Shown here in pieces: positions 19,521 through 30,830 of a stretch of DNA of 64,000 bases (position 1 is the stretch's first letter; every line of letters starts with the position of its first letter). The translations under genes and the position numbers were made by a program. Origin of the DNA: Candidatus Binatia bacterium (GTDB lineage: Bacteria; Desulfobacterota; Binatia; UBA9968; JAJDTQ01). The notes under the pieces were generated by a model. It was not told the origin of the DNA. It searched no databases and saw nothing but the letters and a program-made list of their open reading frames with translations. The stretch spans positions 800,001-864,000 of the forward strand of contig OY762897.2 in the NCBI GenBank assembly GCA_963666515.2. The letters run 5' to 3'.

Positions 19521-20441
19521 ATGCGCATCGCCGCTGTAGACTTGGTCAGCAACACTTGCTTCCCGGCCTTGGCCGCCCAGGAGTTGGGCTTCTACCGGGA
19601 AGAGGGTGCGGACGTGGAAATCGAGCTGGTGTCCCAGATCGGCGCCACCCGGGCGCTTCGGGAGGGCGCTGCGGACGCCATGATCGCCGGGTCGGTGCAC
19701 GACCTGCTGCGGGAGTTTCCTGGTTGGAACGGCGCCAAGCTGCTGGTGGCGCTGTCCCAGGGGACGCCGTGGCTTTTGACGGTGAGGGCGGACCTTGAAG
19801 CGGAACGCGGTGACCTCGACGCGCTCAAGGGACTGCGCGTCACCGCCGCTGAAGGGCCGGACTTGGTGTTCAAGACGCTGTTGGCCGCCGGGGGACTCGA
19901 TCCAGAGCGCGACGTGAGCATCGTGCACCTGCCGGGCTCCGAAGCCAGGGATGTATCGTTCGGCGTCTACGCCGCGCGCGGCCTGGAGTCCGGGCAGATC
20001 GACGGCTTCTGGTCCAATGCAATGGGCAGCGCCACCGCGGTTTCGCTCGGCGTCGGCAAGGTTCACGTGGACGTGCGGCGGGGCGACGACCCGGCGGAGG
20101 TGCGTTACTGTACCTTCGCGGGCCTCGGCACCACGGACGCGTTCATCGAGCGGGAGCCGGAGCAGGCGGCGGCCGCGGTGCGGGCCATCGTGAAAGCGCA
20201 GAAGGCGTTGCGCGCGGATCCGTCCAAGGCGGCCCAAGTCGGGGAGGGGCTGTTTCCGGAGGACGCCGCCGCGCTGATCACGGGCATCGTCGAGCGGGAC
20301 GTGCCGTTCTACGAGCCGGCCATCTCCGAGGAGGCAGTGGCGAAGCTGAACGCGTTCGCGCAATCCGTAGGCCACCTGCCGGGGCCGGTGGCCTACGAGC
20401 AGGTGGCGGCGGTGCGGTTCCGCGATCTGTGGCAGGGTTGA
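19521..20441 (+). CDS. ABC transporter substrate-binding protein (SsuA/NMT1-like)
   Basis: AQELGFYREEGADVEI, LKGLRV, AAVRAIVKAQ; no adjacent permease. Confidence 0.8.
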   Translation: MRIAAVDLVSNTCFPALAAQELGFYREEGADVEIELVSQIGATRALREGAADAMIAGSVHDLLREFPGWNGAKLLVALSQGTPWLLTVRADLEAERGDLDALKGLRVTAAEGPDLVFKTLLAAGGLDPERDVSIVHLPGSEARDVSFGVYAARGLESGQIDGFWSNAMGSATAVSLGVGKVHVDVRRGDDPAEVRYCTFAGLGTTDAFIEREPEQAAAAVRAIVKAQKALRADPSKAAQVGEGLFPEDAAALITGIVERDVPFYEPAISEEAVAKLNAFAQSVGHLPGPVAYEQVAAVRFRDLWQG

Positions 20442-20470
20442 GCACGAACTGCGGGCCGTCCATCCCTCGC

Positions 20471-20500
20471 CCCTGGATTCCGGCTTTCGCCGGAATGACG
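20471..20500. repeat. CGTCA-type REP palindrome
   Basis: ccctggattccggctttcgccggaatgacg is the reverse complement of 29396-29425. Confidence 0.8.
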
Positions 20501-20529
20501 GGTTTCGGGCCTCGGTGCGGTTGCCGGGC

Positions 20530-21771
20530 TCAGAACCCCGCTGCCGGCTCCAGCGCTCCCTCCGGCGGCGTCCGCGTCTCGTAGGCCCACTCGGGCATGC
20601 GGCTCTCCATGCCGTTGGCTTGCAGCTCGGCCTCGTAGGTCTTTCGGATCTGCGGGTCCTCGTCCATGTAGGAGATCGCGTTGCCGCCTTCGCGGGTGTC
20701 CACCGCGCCCACGTCCTTGGCCTGGGCGCCCGGTGCGCCGCCGCGCCGGAAGCCGGGTCCGTAGGGGCCGTCGAAGATGAGCAGGCGCAGGCCCTCCGGG
20801 TCGGTGCCGAAATGCTGGTGGAACCAGTCGCCGCGCATGGGTGCGGCGCTGATCATGCCCACCGGCTCGTAGGTCTGCTGCTTGACGTCGTCGCCGCGTC
20901 CTTCCTCCCACGGCCGCATGCCCAAGGTGTCCGGCCACGTGTAGCTGAAACCCTTGCCCTTGATGCAGACCAGGATGGCGCCGGAGGTGTGCTTGTGGGC
21001 CTTGGAGTATTGCCCGGTCTCGTACTGGGCGATCTTCATGTAGAAGTTGGCGCCGGCCATGTGCGGCTCCACGCGACGGTAGCTGAAGGAACGCCGGTTG
21101 TCCCGCGGCAGCTCGCAGGTGACGATGTCCGGGATGACGTTGGTGAGGCGCATGGCGAGGCCGCGCACCGGGTCGGCGTGGATTTCTTCCACCTCCTTGA
21201 AGTAGTCGTCCTGTCCTGCGAACCGCTTGCTGAACTCGTACGGGCAGTTCATTACGAACTCGGCGTCGCGGACCAGGTTCAGGATGTTGGGGGCGGTGGT
21301 GGCGGCCAGCAGCAGAGCCGGCGCGGAGGTGGCGTTGACCACCCGGTGCCAAGCGTTCAGCGGGATGCCGAAGAGCGAGCCCGGACCCCATTCGAAGGTG
21401 AGTTTGTTGTTCTCGCTCTCGTGCCACACCTCGGTGGTGCCGCGCCCCTCCACCACGTAGTAGGTCTCCTCGTAGAGATGGCGCTCGGGGTTGAGCGCGC
21501 CCGCGCCGGGGACCTCCACCACGTACATGCCCCAAAGGTGCTCGGTGCCCAGGAGCTGGATGCCGATGCCGCGTCCGCCCAGCCGTTTCCAGGGCTTGAA
21601 CGGCAGGTCCTGGACCTTGTGCACGCCGATGTCCCGGTGGATGGCGATGCCCTGGTCCTCCATGAAACGGTCGTAGGGCGACTTGGGGTTCTTCCATGTC
21701 CCGAATCCGGCCTTGCCGGTGGCCGAGGGCTCGTTGAAGTCGAAAAGTTCCGCGCCGGGTTCAACTCCCAT
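20530..21771 (-). CDS. Bicupin protein (gentisate-dioxygenase-like fold)
   Basis: ERHLYEETYYVVEGRG..IPLNAWH and AHKHTSGA..WFHQH cupin motifs; start MGVEPG after GGAGG. Confidence 0.8.
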   Translation of the reverse strand: MGVEPGAELFDFNEPSATGKAGFGTWKNPKSPYDRFMEDQGIAIHRDIGVHKVQDLPFKPWKRLGGRGIGIQLLGTEHLWGMYVVEVPGAGALNPERHLYEETYYVVEGRGTTEVWHESENNKLTFEWGPGSLFGIPLNAWHRVVNATSAPALLLAATTAPNILNLVRDAEFVMNCPYEFSKRFAGQDDYFKEVEEIHADPVRGLAMRLTNVIPDIVTCELPRDNRRSFSYRRVEPHMAGANFYMKIAQYETGQYSKAHKHTSGAILVCIKGKGFSYTWPDTLGMRPWEEGRGDDVKQQTYEPVGMISAAPMRGDWFHQHFGTDPEGLRLLIFDGPYGPGFRRGGAPGAQAKDVGAVDTREGGNAISYMDEDPQIRKTYEAELQANGMESRMPEWAYETRTPPEGALEPAAGF

Positions 21772-22038
21772 GATGTCCTCCTTGGCTTCCAGGTCGTTGT
21801 CCGAAGGGATGTTAGCCGTGGTCCCCGGCACGGTCAAGCGAGCCCGTCAGGCCCAGCGCAGGCGGCCTTTTCCCCGCGTGGACACGGGGTCTCCGGCATT
21901 TGATAGGGTAGGGGCTTTGATCTATAGTGGCAGTGCTTCGGCGGACCGTGGCCGAGGCGCTTTCCAAGGGGCAAACGAGACACCGGAGATACTCGGCAAC
22001 GAGGCGGCGCGCCGCCCGTTCGAGGAAGGAGCAGATCC

Positions 22039-23172
22039 ATGAAGGACGGATTTCGCGTGATCGATTCGGATCGACACATCATGGAGCCTTCGGACATGTA
22101 TGACCGCTACATGCCGAAGAAGTTCCACGGGCGGGTGAAGATCACCGGACCCAACCAGTCCAACCGTTTTGTGGACGGCAAGCCCGTCTCCGATTCCAAC
22201 AGGCGGCCCGACCGCGAGGTCACCGACTACGGCTTCATCTTCGCCAGCAACGCCGCCTGGCGCGAGACCTTCGCAGAGGCCATCGCCACCGGTTTCGACC
22301 CCGCGTCCAATCTCCGCGACATGGACAGGGAAGGCATCGACCTGAGCGTGCTGTTCCCGACCATGGGCCTCTACGTCATGTGGAGCTCGGACATCGACCC
22401 GGAGTTGAGCCAGGCCATCTGCCGGGCCTACAACACCTGGCTCGCCGAGTACTGCAGCCATGACGAGTCGCGGCTGCGCGGCGTCATGCTGCTGCCCTTG
22501 CAGGACCCCGCCCGGGCCGTCGAGGAGCTGCGCTACGCGCGCGAGAAGCTGGGCCTGGTGGGCATCTTCTGGCGCCCCAACAAGCTCTGCGGCCGCACGC
22601 TGGCCAGTCCCGACTACTACCCCGTCTACGAGGCGGCCCAGGACCTGGGCGTCACCGTGTGCGTCCACGAGGGCGCGCGCACGGTCCTGGACCAGGCCGG
22701 AAGCGACCGCTACAGTGAGTTCGGCCGCCACGTGGCCTGCCACCCGCTGGAGCAGATGCTCGCGTGCCTGAGCCTCTGCGGCGACGGCGTGCTGGAGAAG
22801 TTCCCGACCCTCAAGGTCGCCTACCTGGAGTCCGGCTGCGGCTGGGTGCCCTTCTGGCTGGAGCGCATGGACGAGCACTGGGAGCACGAGTCCCACGGCT
22901 CCGCCAAGACCACCCCGGAGAAGCCCAGCTTCTACTTCCACCGCCAGTGCTGGGTGAGCTGCGAGGCCGGCGAGGAGTTGGTGCCGAGCTTCGTCGAGCA
23001 CGTCGGCAACGACCGCCTCACCATGGCCACGGACTATCCCCACAGCGACTGCATCGACAAGTGGCCGGACCTCACCGTGGGCGCCCTCAGCGCCAACGAC
23101 AAGCTGTCGGAGGAGACGCGCCGCAAGATCCTGTGGGACAACCCGGTGCAGATGTTCAGCCTGGGAATGTAG
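22039..23172 (+). CDS. Amidohydrolase_2 family protein
   Basis: IDSDRHIME, VCVHEG, LESGCGW, ATDYPH. Confidence 0.9.
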   Translation: MKDGFRVIDSDRHIMEPSDMYDRYMPKKFHGRVKITGPNQSNRFVDGKPVSDSNRRPDREVTDYGFIFASNAAWRETFAEAIATGFDPASNLRDMDREGIDLSVLFPTMGLYVMWSSDIDPELSQAICRAYNTWLAEYCSHDESRLRGVMLLPLQDPARAVEELRYAREKLGLVGIFWRPNKLCGRTLASPDYYPVYEAAQDLGVTVCVHEGARTVLDQAGSDRYSEFGRHVACHPLEQMLACLSLCGDGVLEKFPTLKVAYLESGCGWVPFWLERMDEHWEHESHGSAKTTPEKPSFYFHRQCWVSCEAGEELVPSFVEHVGNDRLTMATDYPHSDCIDKWPDLTVGALSANDKLSEETRRKILWDNPVQMFSLGM

Positions 23173-23186
23173 GCGGGATACGAGCG

Positions 23187-24212
23187 ATGGCGAAATACCG
23201 GGTCGTCTACTGCGGCAGCAACGATGTTCCCGTCGACCTGATCGAGCCCATCCTGCGCGAGGCGGACGCGGAGATGGTGATCGCCAGGCCGGCCAACGAC
23301 GAGGAGCTGGCGGAGGCCGGGCGCGACGCCGACGGCATGATCTTCCACGGCGCCCTGCCGCTCACCCGCGAGATCATCGAGAAGCTCAACCGCTGCAAGG
23401 TGGTGTGCCGCACCGGCGTGGGCGTGGACCGACTGGACCTGGAAGCGGCCAGGGAGCACGGCGTCACCGTGTGCAACGCCGCCGGCTGCAACTCCATCGA
23501 AGTGTCGGAGCAGATGATCGGCCTCATGATCGCCATCTCCCGCAAGCTCGTGCGCATGAACCAGTACGTGCGCGAGGGCCGCTGGCGCCGCCACACCGCG
23601 GAGCTGCACTCCTGGCGCGGCCCGGTGTCGCGCATCGCCGGGCAGACCCTGGGCATCGTGGGCCTGGGCAACGTGGGGCGCCAAGTGGCGCCCCGGGCCC
23701 AGGGCATGAAGATGAACGTCCAGGCGGTGGACCCCTACGTGGCTCCCGAGATCGCCGAGGCCATGGGCGTCAAGCTGGTTTCGCAGGACGAGCTGGTGCG
23801 CACGTCGGACGTCATCAGCCTGCACGCGCCGCTGGTGCCCGCCACCCGCAAGATGTTCGGCAAGGCCCAGTTCGCCGCCATGAAGAAGACGGCCTACCTC
23901 CTCAACTGCGCCCGCGGCGGCCTGGTGGACACCGACGCCCTCTACGAGGCCCTCACCACCGGCGAGATCGCCGGCGCCGCCCTCGACGTCACCGACCCCG
24001 AGCCCATGCCCGCCGACCACCCGATCCTCACCCTCCCCAACGTCATCGTCACCTGCCACACCGCCGCCAACTCCAACGAGTCCTACGTCGACTGCCAGAC
24101 CCACGCCGCCAGGGAAGTCGTGCGTGTCCTCCAGGGCGAGCCCCCCACCACCGAGATCAACGACCCGTGGCTGGTGGGCGAGGCCCAGGACCAGGGGTTC
24201 GGAGGGGTGTGA
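23187..24212 (+). CDS. D-isomer-specific 2-hydroxyacid dehydrogenase (SerA/CtBP-like)
   Basis: GVGVD, GIVGLGNVG, SLHAPL, NCARGGLVD, ALDVTDPEP. Confidence 0.9.
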   Translation: MAKYRVVYCGSNDVPVDLIEPILREADAEMVIARPANDEELAEAGRDADGMIFHGALPLTREIIEKLNRCKVVCRTGVGVDRLDLEAAREHGVTVCNAAGCNSIEVSEQMIGLMIAISRKLVRMNQYVREGRWRRHTAELHSWRGPVSRIAGQTLGIVGLGNVGRQVAPRAQGMKMNVQAVDPYVAPEIAEAMGVKLVSQDELVRTSDVISLHAPLVPATRKMFGKAQFAAMKKTAYLLNCARGGLVDTDALYEALTTGEIAGAALDVTDPEPMPADHPILTLPNVIVTCHTAANSNESYVDCQTHAAREVVRVLQGEPPTTEINDPWLVGEAQDQGFGGV

Positions 24213-24232
24213 GCGGAATTGGAAGGTTGGTG

Positions 24233-24427
24233 ATGAAGAAGCCAGTTGAAGTACAGCGGAAGAGCCGGCGCAGATTGGGCATCCTCAAGGAAATGATGAG
24301 CGAAGAGGAACTGAATGCGCTCATCGAGGCGGTCGAACAACCGTTGTCGCCGGAAGATCAGGCGGCTCTGGAAGGTGCGCTCACGGACGATCTCGGCATC
24401 GCCAAGCCGCAAGCCCTCAAGGACTAG
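24233..24427 (+). CDS. Small hypothetical protein, possibly an orphan antitoxin fragment
   Basis: 64 aa with RRRLGILK followed by an acidic stretch, resembling antitoxin C-termini. Confidence 0.45.
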   Translation: MKKPVEVQRKSRRRLGILKEMMSEEELNALIEAVEQPLSPEDQAALEGALTDDLGIAKPQALKD

Positions 24428-24830
24428 CGTCGGCGCTACGGCGCGGGCGACCACCCTTGCGACCGTTTTCCCTTGCGGCCGTCGCCTTGGCCGACGAACG
24501 ACTCTTGCCGCCGGCCGCACCCATACGCGCCGCCATCCAACTCCTGGAGCCAAAGACGCCCTGCAACAAGGCCGGGACGTAGAGATCGGCATCGAGTCGG
24601 GGCCAGTGCAGGCCCAACCCGGTGGGGCTGATCTCGATCTCAGCGAGATCATCGGGCGACGCCCCGGCCAGTCCCTCTGCCAGCGTAGCGGGAAAAGTCA
24701 GTTCCACACCGGTGTTAAGCCGCACGATCACGCGTTGTCTGCGCCGGTCGAACCGGGCGGCGTGGACATGGCCGGCATCGCGCTCGACTCGCGCTTGCGC
24801 TTTTTCGAATTCCGCTTCAGTAACGGCCAT
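24417..24830 (-). CDS. DUF2442 family protein (TA-associated)
   Basis: IEISPTGLGLHWPRLDADLYVPALL, C-terminal AARENGRKGGRP. Confidence 0.85.
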   Translation of the reverse strand: MAVTEAEFEKAQARVERDAGHVHAARFDRRRQRVIVRLNTGVELTFPATLAEGLAGASPDDLAEIEISPTGLGLHWPRLDADLYVPALLQGVFGSRSWMAARMGAAGGKSRSSAKATAARENGRKGGRPRRSADASP

Positions 24831-25065
24831 GGATATTTCTCCATTCCTCGCACAGTGTTTGAAGGGCCTGAGCCAGACCTTCGTTGATGCGATTCACTTC
24901 CCGATGTCCGAAACCATAGCTGGTGCGCAACTCCGGCGGACCATTTGGACAGTGCAGTGCGAACACAGCTTCTTTACCCGCTCCAATCACGTGAACGTGA
25001 GGTGGGCGATGGTCGTTCGGATAGATGACCACACGCATGCCATCGAAACGGAGCACCGTCGGCAT
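24817..25065 (-). CDS. DUF4160 family protein (HicA-like, TA-associated)
   Basis: MPTVLRFDG..IYPNDHRPPHVHV..WRNIHG; overlaps the DUF2442 gene. Confidence 0.88.
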   Translation of the reverse strand: MPTVLRFDGMRVVIYPNDHRPPHVHVIGAGKEAVFALHCPNGPPELRTSYGFGHREVNRINEGLAQALQTLCEEWRNIHGRY

Positions 25066-25181
25066 GGCTCAAGATAACAGAACCCAAGCGTTTGGGAAAG
25101 GGTGATGAAGCGTAGATTGGACGTGCCAGCGCCGCCTTTGGTAAGGTGGCACCGGAGCTAAAGACGCGACGCCCTAAGGCT

Positions 25182-25550
25182 TCAAGCCGGAGACCAGCAG
25201 CCCACCTCGACGCGGTTCCCTGATCCGGGGTCAAGCGCGTAGAAAACCGCCATGTCGTCGCGGTCGAGGATGGCCATATCGAACGTGATCCCGGCTGCTG
25301 CAAGGACGGCGTACTGCTTTTTCACTTCCTCGATGGTGTCCACGGTGAATCCGAAGTGGAGCCACTCGGGAGGTTCTCCCCGTTCCTCCACAGGCCTGAG
25401 GGCAAGGAGAAAACCGTCCTTGTCCGCTTCGCGCACGAGGAACGTTTCACCGTCCGCTTCCCACCCTTTTCTGAATCCGAAGAAGCGCTCGTAGAACGCG
25501 ACGGAAGCATCCACGTCGTACGTCGAGACTTGAAGGTGATTGAGCTTCAT
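25182..25550 (-). CDS. VOC/glyoxalase family protein
   Basis: MKLNHLQV, SVAFYERFFGF, HFGF, FYALDPGSGNRVEV. Confidence 0.85.
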   Translation of the reverse strand: MKLNHLQVSTYDVDASVAFYERFFGFRKGWEADGETFLVREADKDGFLLALRPVEERGEPPEWLHFGFTVDTIEEVKKQYAVLAAAGITFDMAILDRDDMAVFYALDPGSGNRVEVGCWSPA

Positions 25551-25575
25551 GGTCGGGTGTGCGGAATCCTGGTCG

Positions 25576-27888
25576 CTAGCCCTTCCGCGCTTCCTTGATT
25601 GCCCGCCACAGCTTCGGCGCGGTGTAAGGCATGTCGATGTGATCGATGCCCAGCGGTGACAACGCGTCCATGACGGCGTTGGCGACGGCCGGCGGGGCGC
25701 CGTTGGTGCCGGCTTCGCCGACGCCCTTGACGCCCAGGGGATTGAAGGGGTTGAGGGTTTCGGTCTCGCCGAGGATGAGGGGCGGCATGGTGCTGGCGCG
25801 CGGCACGGCGTAGTCCATGAGGGTGCCGGTGCGGGGCTGGCCTTCCTCGTCGAAGACCATTTGTTCGCACAGGGCTTCACCCAGGCCTTGGGCGAGGCCG
25901 CCGTGGACCTGGGCCTCTACGATCATGGGGTTCAGGACTACGCCGATGTCGTCCACCAGCACCAACTTCTCGATGGTCAGCTCGCCGGTGTCGGCGTCGA
26001 TGCGCACCAGCGCCACGTGGGCGCCGAAGCCCCAGGCCTCGCGGTTGGGGTCGAAGAAGGCGATCTCGTGAAGACCGGGGTCCATGCCTGCCGGGGTGCC
26101 CTTGGCGTGGGCCGCGCCGGCCACTTGGCGCCAGGTCACGTTCCGTTCCGGCACGCCGGCCACGGCGAAACCGCCCTCGACCTGGACCACGTCGTCGGGC
26201 GAGGCTTCCATGAGGTTGCCGGCGATGGCCTTGGCCTTGGCGACCAGGCGTTCGGCCGCGGTGGCAAGGGCGCCGCCGCCCATGACCGCGCTGCGGCTGC
26301 CGAAGGTGCCGGTGCCCTGCTGGATGGCGATGGTGTCGCCGTGACGCACCACCACGCTTTCCATGGGCACCTTGAGCAGGTCCGCCGCTACCTGTGCCCA
26401 CACGGTCTCGTGCCCCTGTCCGTGGGAGCTGGAACCCGTGAGCACGGTGACCGCGCCGGTGCGGTCCACGCGCACGGCGCCGCTCTCGAATCCGGCGCCG
26501 CCGCTGGGCTCCACGAAGGTGGAGACGCCGACGCCCACCAGTTCGCCGCGTTCCCGCGCCTCGTCGCGCATGCGGATGAGCCGGTCGTAGTCGGACAGCC
26601 TCAGCGCCTCGTCAAGTGACTTCTCGTAGTCTCCCGAGTCGTACACGACGTTCACACCGGTGCGGTAGGGGAACTGGTCCGGCTGGATGTAGTTCTTGCG
26701 GCGAATCTCCAGGGTATCCATGCCCAAGTCCCGCGCGGCCTTGTCGGCCAGCCGCTCGATGTTGAGCACCGACTCCGGCCGCCCGGCGCCGCGGTACGGC
26801 CCCGTGGGCACGGTGTTGGTGAAGGCCGAGACGATCTCCACCCGCACGTCCTGGATCTGGTAGCAGCCCGGAGCCATCACCAGCATGCGCTGGGGCGGTC
26901 CGGCGGTGGCGGAGTGCAGGTACGCACCCAGGTTCGCCACCACCCGCACCTTGAGGCCCAGCATCCTGCCGTCCTTGCTCAAGGCCAGCTCCGAGGTCAT
27001 GGCCTGGTCGCGTCCCTGGCAGGTGGTCAGGAAGTCCTCGCTACGGGTGGCCATCCACTTGACGGGCCGATTGAGCTTTTGGGCCACGTGGCACACCAGC
27101 ACGTCCTCGCGGTAGACGCAGCCCTTGCTGCCGAAGCCGCCGCCCACGTTCGGCGCGATGACGTGGATGCGGTTCTCGGGAAAGCCCAGCGAGTTGGCCA
27201 AGTCCGCCCGGGACCGGTGCGGTCCCTGGGTCGACATCCACACCGTCAGCTCGTTGCGGATGGGGTCGGGGTACGCCAGCACCCCCCGCGCCTCCATGGA
27301 CATGGCCACGAGCCGCGGGCTCTTCATGTGAAGGCGGCAGATGTGGTCCGCCTCGGCGAACGCCTTGTCGACGTCGCCGTTCTCCTTCTTCATGGTGTAG
27401 CAATGGTTGGTGCCCAGCTCCTCGTGGGCCAGCGGCGAGCCGTCCTCCAGTGCCGCCTCGGCGTCGGTGACCACGGGCAAGGGATCGTACTCGACCCCGA
27501 TGACCGCGGCCGCGTCTTCCGCCAGCGCACGGCTCTCCGCCACAACCGCCGCGATGGGCGCGCCCACCGCGTGGACGGAGCCGCGGGCCAGCACCGGATG
27601 CTCCGGCATGTTCATGTCCGGCGTCAGCATGGGCGCCCGCAGGGCCAAGTCGCCGGTGTCGTCACCCGTGAGCACGCACACCACCCCGGGCATGGCCGCG
27701 GCCTCGGCGGTGTCGATGGACACGATGCGCGCGTGGGGGTGGGTGCTCCGGTGAATCGCCACGTGCAGGATGCCCGGCAGCTTCACGTCGTCCACGTAGC
27801 ATCCTTGGCCGGTGAGCAGGGGAGGGTCCTCGACCCGGCGGATGGAAGCGCCGATGAGGCTGTCGGGGTTGTTTTGCTCTGTGCTCAT
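25576..27888 (-). CDS. Xanthine dehydrogenase/CoxL-like molybdopterin-binding subunit
   Basis: RRVEDPPLLTG, VGGGFGSK, PYRGAGR, HGQGHET, GTFGSRS, KGVGEAG. Confidence 0.9.
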   Translation of the reverse strand: MSTEQNNPDSLIGASIRRVEDPPLLTGQGCYVDDVKLPGILHVAIHRSTHPHARIVSIDTAEAAAMPGVVCVLTGDDTGDLALRAPMLTPDMNMPEHPVLARGSVHAVGAPIAAVVAESRALAEDAAAVIGVEYDPLPVVTDAEAALEDGSPLAHEELGTNHCYTMKKENGDVDKAFAEADHICRLHMKSPRLVAMSMEARGVLAYPDPIRNELTVWMSTQGPHRSRADLANSLGFPENRIHVIAPNVGGGFGSKGCVYREDVLVCHVAQKLNRPVKWMATRSEDFLTTCQGRDQAMTSELALSKDGRMLGLKVRVVANLGAYLHSATAGPPQRMLVMAPGCYQIQDVRVEIVSAFTNTVPTGPYRGAGRPESVLNIERLADKAARDLGMDTLEIRRKNYIQPDQFPYRTGVNVVYDSGDYEKSLDEALRLSDYDRLIRMRDEARERGELVGVGVSTFVEPSGGAGFESGAVRVDRTGAVTVLTGSSSHGQGHETVWAQVAADLLKVPMESVVVRHGDTIAIQQGTGTFGSRSAVMGGGALATAAERLVAKAKAIAGNLMEASPDDVVQVEGGFAVAGVPERNVTWRQVAGAAHAKGTPAGMDPGLHEIAFFDPNREAWGFGAHVALVRIDADTGELTIEKLVLVDDIGVVLNPMIVEAQVHGGLAQGLGEALCEQMVFDEEGQPRTGTLMDYAVPRASTMPPLILGETETLNPFNPLGVKGVGEAGTNGAPPAVANAVMDALSPLGIDHIDMPYTAPKLWRAIKEARKG

Positions 27889-27948
27889 GAGTGGTCCTCG
27901 AAGGTTTGAACGCGCATCGCGTCGACCCTGAACCTCTGTGCCGAAGGT

Positions 27949-28809
27949 CTATACCCGCGCCGCGGCGGCCTCGATGGCGCGCCCGGCGTAGACCACCGCC
28001 ATGTGGCGCTTGTATTCCTCGTCGGCGTAGGAGTCCGCATGGGGATCGATGCCCTCACCGGCCTGCCGGGCCGCCTCAGCGATTACGTCCGTCGTGAGCT
28101 GCTTCCCCACGAGCGCGGCTTCCGTCCCGGTGGCCCGGTGCGGCGTTCCGCCCACGCCTCCCAGCACCACCCGCGCGCCCGTGCAGGCGCCGCCGTCCAC
28201 GGTCAACGCCGCTGCCGCGCTTACTACCACATAGCCCGAGGCCGGGTGCGGTAGCTTGGCGTAGCTCGTACGCGCAGGCGTGGAGGGCAACGGGATCCGT
28301 ATGGACGTAAGGATCTCGTTGGGCTCCAGCGCGGTGGTGAAGAAGTCCACGAAGAAGTCGTCCGCCGCCACCGTACGCTCGCCGCCGGACGAGGTCAGCA
28401 CGAACGACGCATTCAGCGCCGTGAGGGTCACGGGGAGATCGGCGCCGGGGTCTGCGTGGGCGACGCTGCCGCCCATGGTGCCGCGGTTCCGCACCTGCAG
28501 GTCGCCGATGACCGAGGCCGTGTCCGCGAGCCCCGGCAGAAGGCCCCGGACGGTCTCCGACGTGGCCACCTCGGTGTGGGTGGTGAGGGCGCCGATGACC
28601 AGCGTGTCGCCGTCGGTGCGGATGCCGCTCAGTCCGGGAATCCGGCTCAGGTCGATGAGCACCTCCGGCTGGGTCAGCCGGAGCTTCATGGCCGGCAGCA
28701 GGCTGTGTCCTCCGGCCAGCAGCTTGGCGTCCTCGCCGTGTTGCCGCAAAAGGCCGAAGGCTTCCTCCAGGGAGCCGGGTGCGTCGTATCCGAAGCTGGC
28801 TGGGTGCAT
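27949..28809 (-). CDS. CoxM-like FAD-binding subunit
   Basis: LAGGHSLLPAMKLR, QVRNRGTMGGS, ADPGAD. Confidence 0.9.
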   Translation of the reverse strand: MHPASFGYDAPGSLEEAFGLLRQHGEDAKLLAGGHSLLPAMKLRLTQPEVLIDLSRIPGLSGIRTDGDTLVIGALTTHTEVATSETVRGLLPGLADTASVIGDLQVRNRGTMGGSVAHADPGADLPVTLTALNASFVLTSSGGERTVAADDFFVDFFTTALEPNEILTSIRIPLPSTPARTSYAKLPHPASGYVVVSAAAALTVDGGACTGARVVLGGVGGTPHRATGTEAALVGKQLTTDVIAEAARQAGEGIDPHADSYADEEYKRHMAVVYAGRAIEAAAARV

Positions 28810-28813
28810 GCTG

Positions 28814-29290
28814 TTACCTCATCTGCTCGGCCGCCGCGCGGATGGCCTTGACGATGTTCACGTAGCCCGTGCAGCGGCACAAGTTGCCTTCCAGGGCGTG
28901 CTTGATGGCGTCGTCGTCGGGATCGGGCTGGGTCTCCAGCAGGTGCGCGGCGGTCATCACCATGCCCGGCGTGCAATAGCCGCACTGGAGGCCGTGCTCT
29001 TGCTGAAAGGCGGCCTGGACGGGGTGCAAGTCGGCGCCGTCCGCCAGCCCCTCGATGGTGGTGACCTCAGCGCCGTCGGCCTGCACCGCCAGCACTGTGC
29101 AGGACTTCACCGCGGCGCCGTTGAGATGCACCGTGCACGCGCCGCATTGGCTCGTATCGCAGCCCACGTGGGTGCCGGTGAGCCCCAGGTTCTCGCGCAG
29201 GAAGTGCACCAGCAAGAGGCGCGGCTCCACTTCGGCCGCGCGCGCCTTGCCGTTCACGGCAACGTTGATGGGTAATGCGGCGTGTTTCAT
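28814..29290 (-). CDS. CoxS-like 2Fe-2S subunit
   Basis: [26 protein letters not shown]; start MKHAALP. Confidence 0.92.
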   Translation of the reverse strand: MKHAALPINVAVNGKARAAEVEPRLLLVHFLRENLGLTGTHVGCDTSQCGACTVHLNGAAVKSCTVLAVQADGAEVTTIEGLADGADLHPVQAAFQQEHGLQCGYCTPGMVMTAAHLLETQPDPDDDAIKHALEGNLCRCTGYVNIVKAIRAAAEQMR

Positions 29291-29395
29291 GGTTTCCTCG
29301 CTGCCGTGTATTTTACGCCCGCCCGACATGGGTTCCCGCTTTCCAGGCTGTGTCGAAACTCCGTCCTGCGTGCGGAAAGGCGACGACACTCGAAT

Positions 29396-29425
29396 CGTCA
29401 TTCCGGCGAAAGCCGGAATCCAGGG
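29396..29425. repeat. CGTCA-type REP palindrome
   Basis: cgtcattccggcgaaagccggaatccaggg. Confidence 0.8.
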
Positions 29426-29513
29426 GGTGGGGGAAGGCGGTAACGGCCTTACATGGCCACTCCGACTTCAAGCACTCTCGCCCGTTTTCGTCAAGGGTCC
29501 TGGAGAAGCGCCG

Positions 29514-30806
<1,293 letters not shown>

Positions 30807-30830
30807 AAGAGAAGTTGTGGATGGATTGCG

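Noticed and set aside
25576-27888. Form I aerobic CO dehydrogenase coxL
   Set aside because: Lacks the AYxCSFR motif and no accessory cox genes are adjacent
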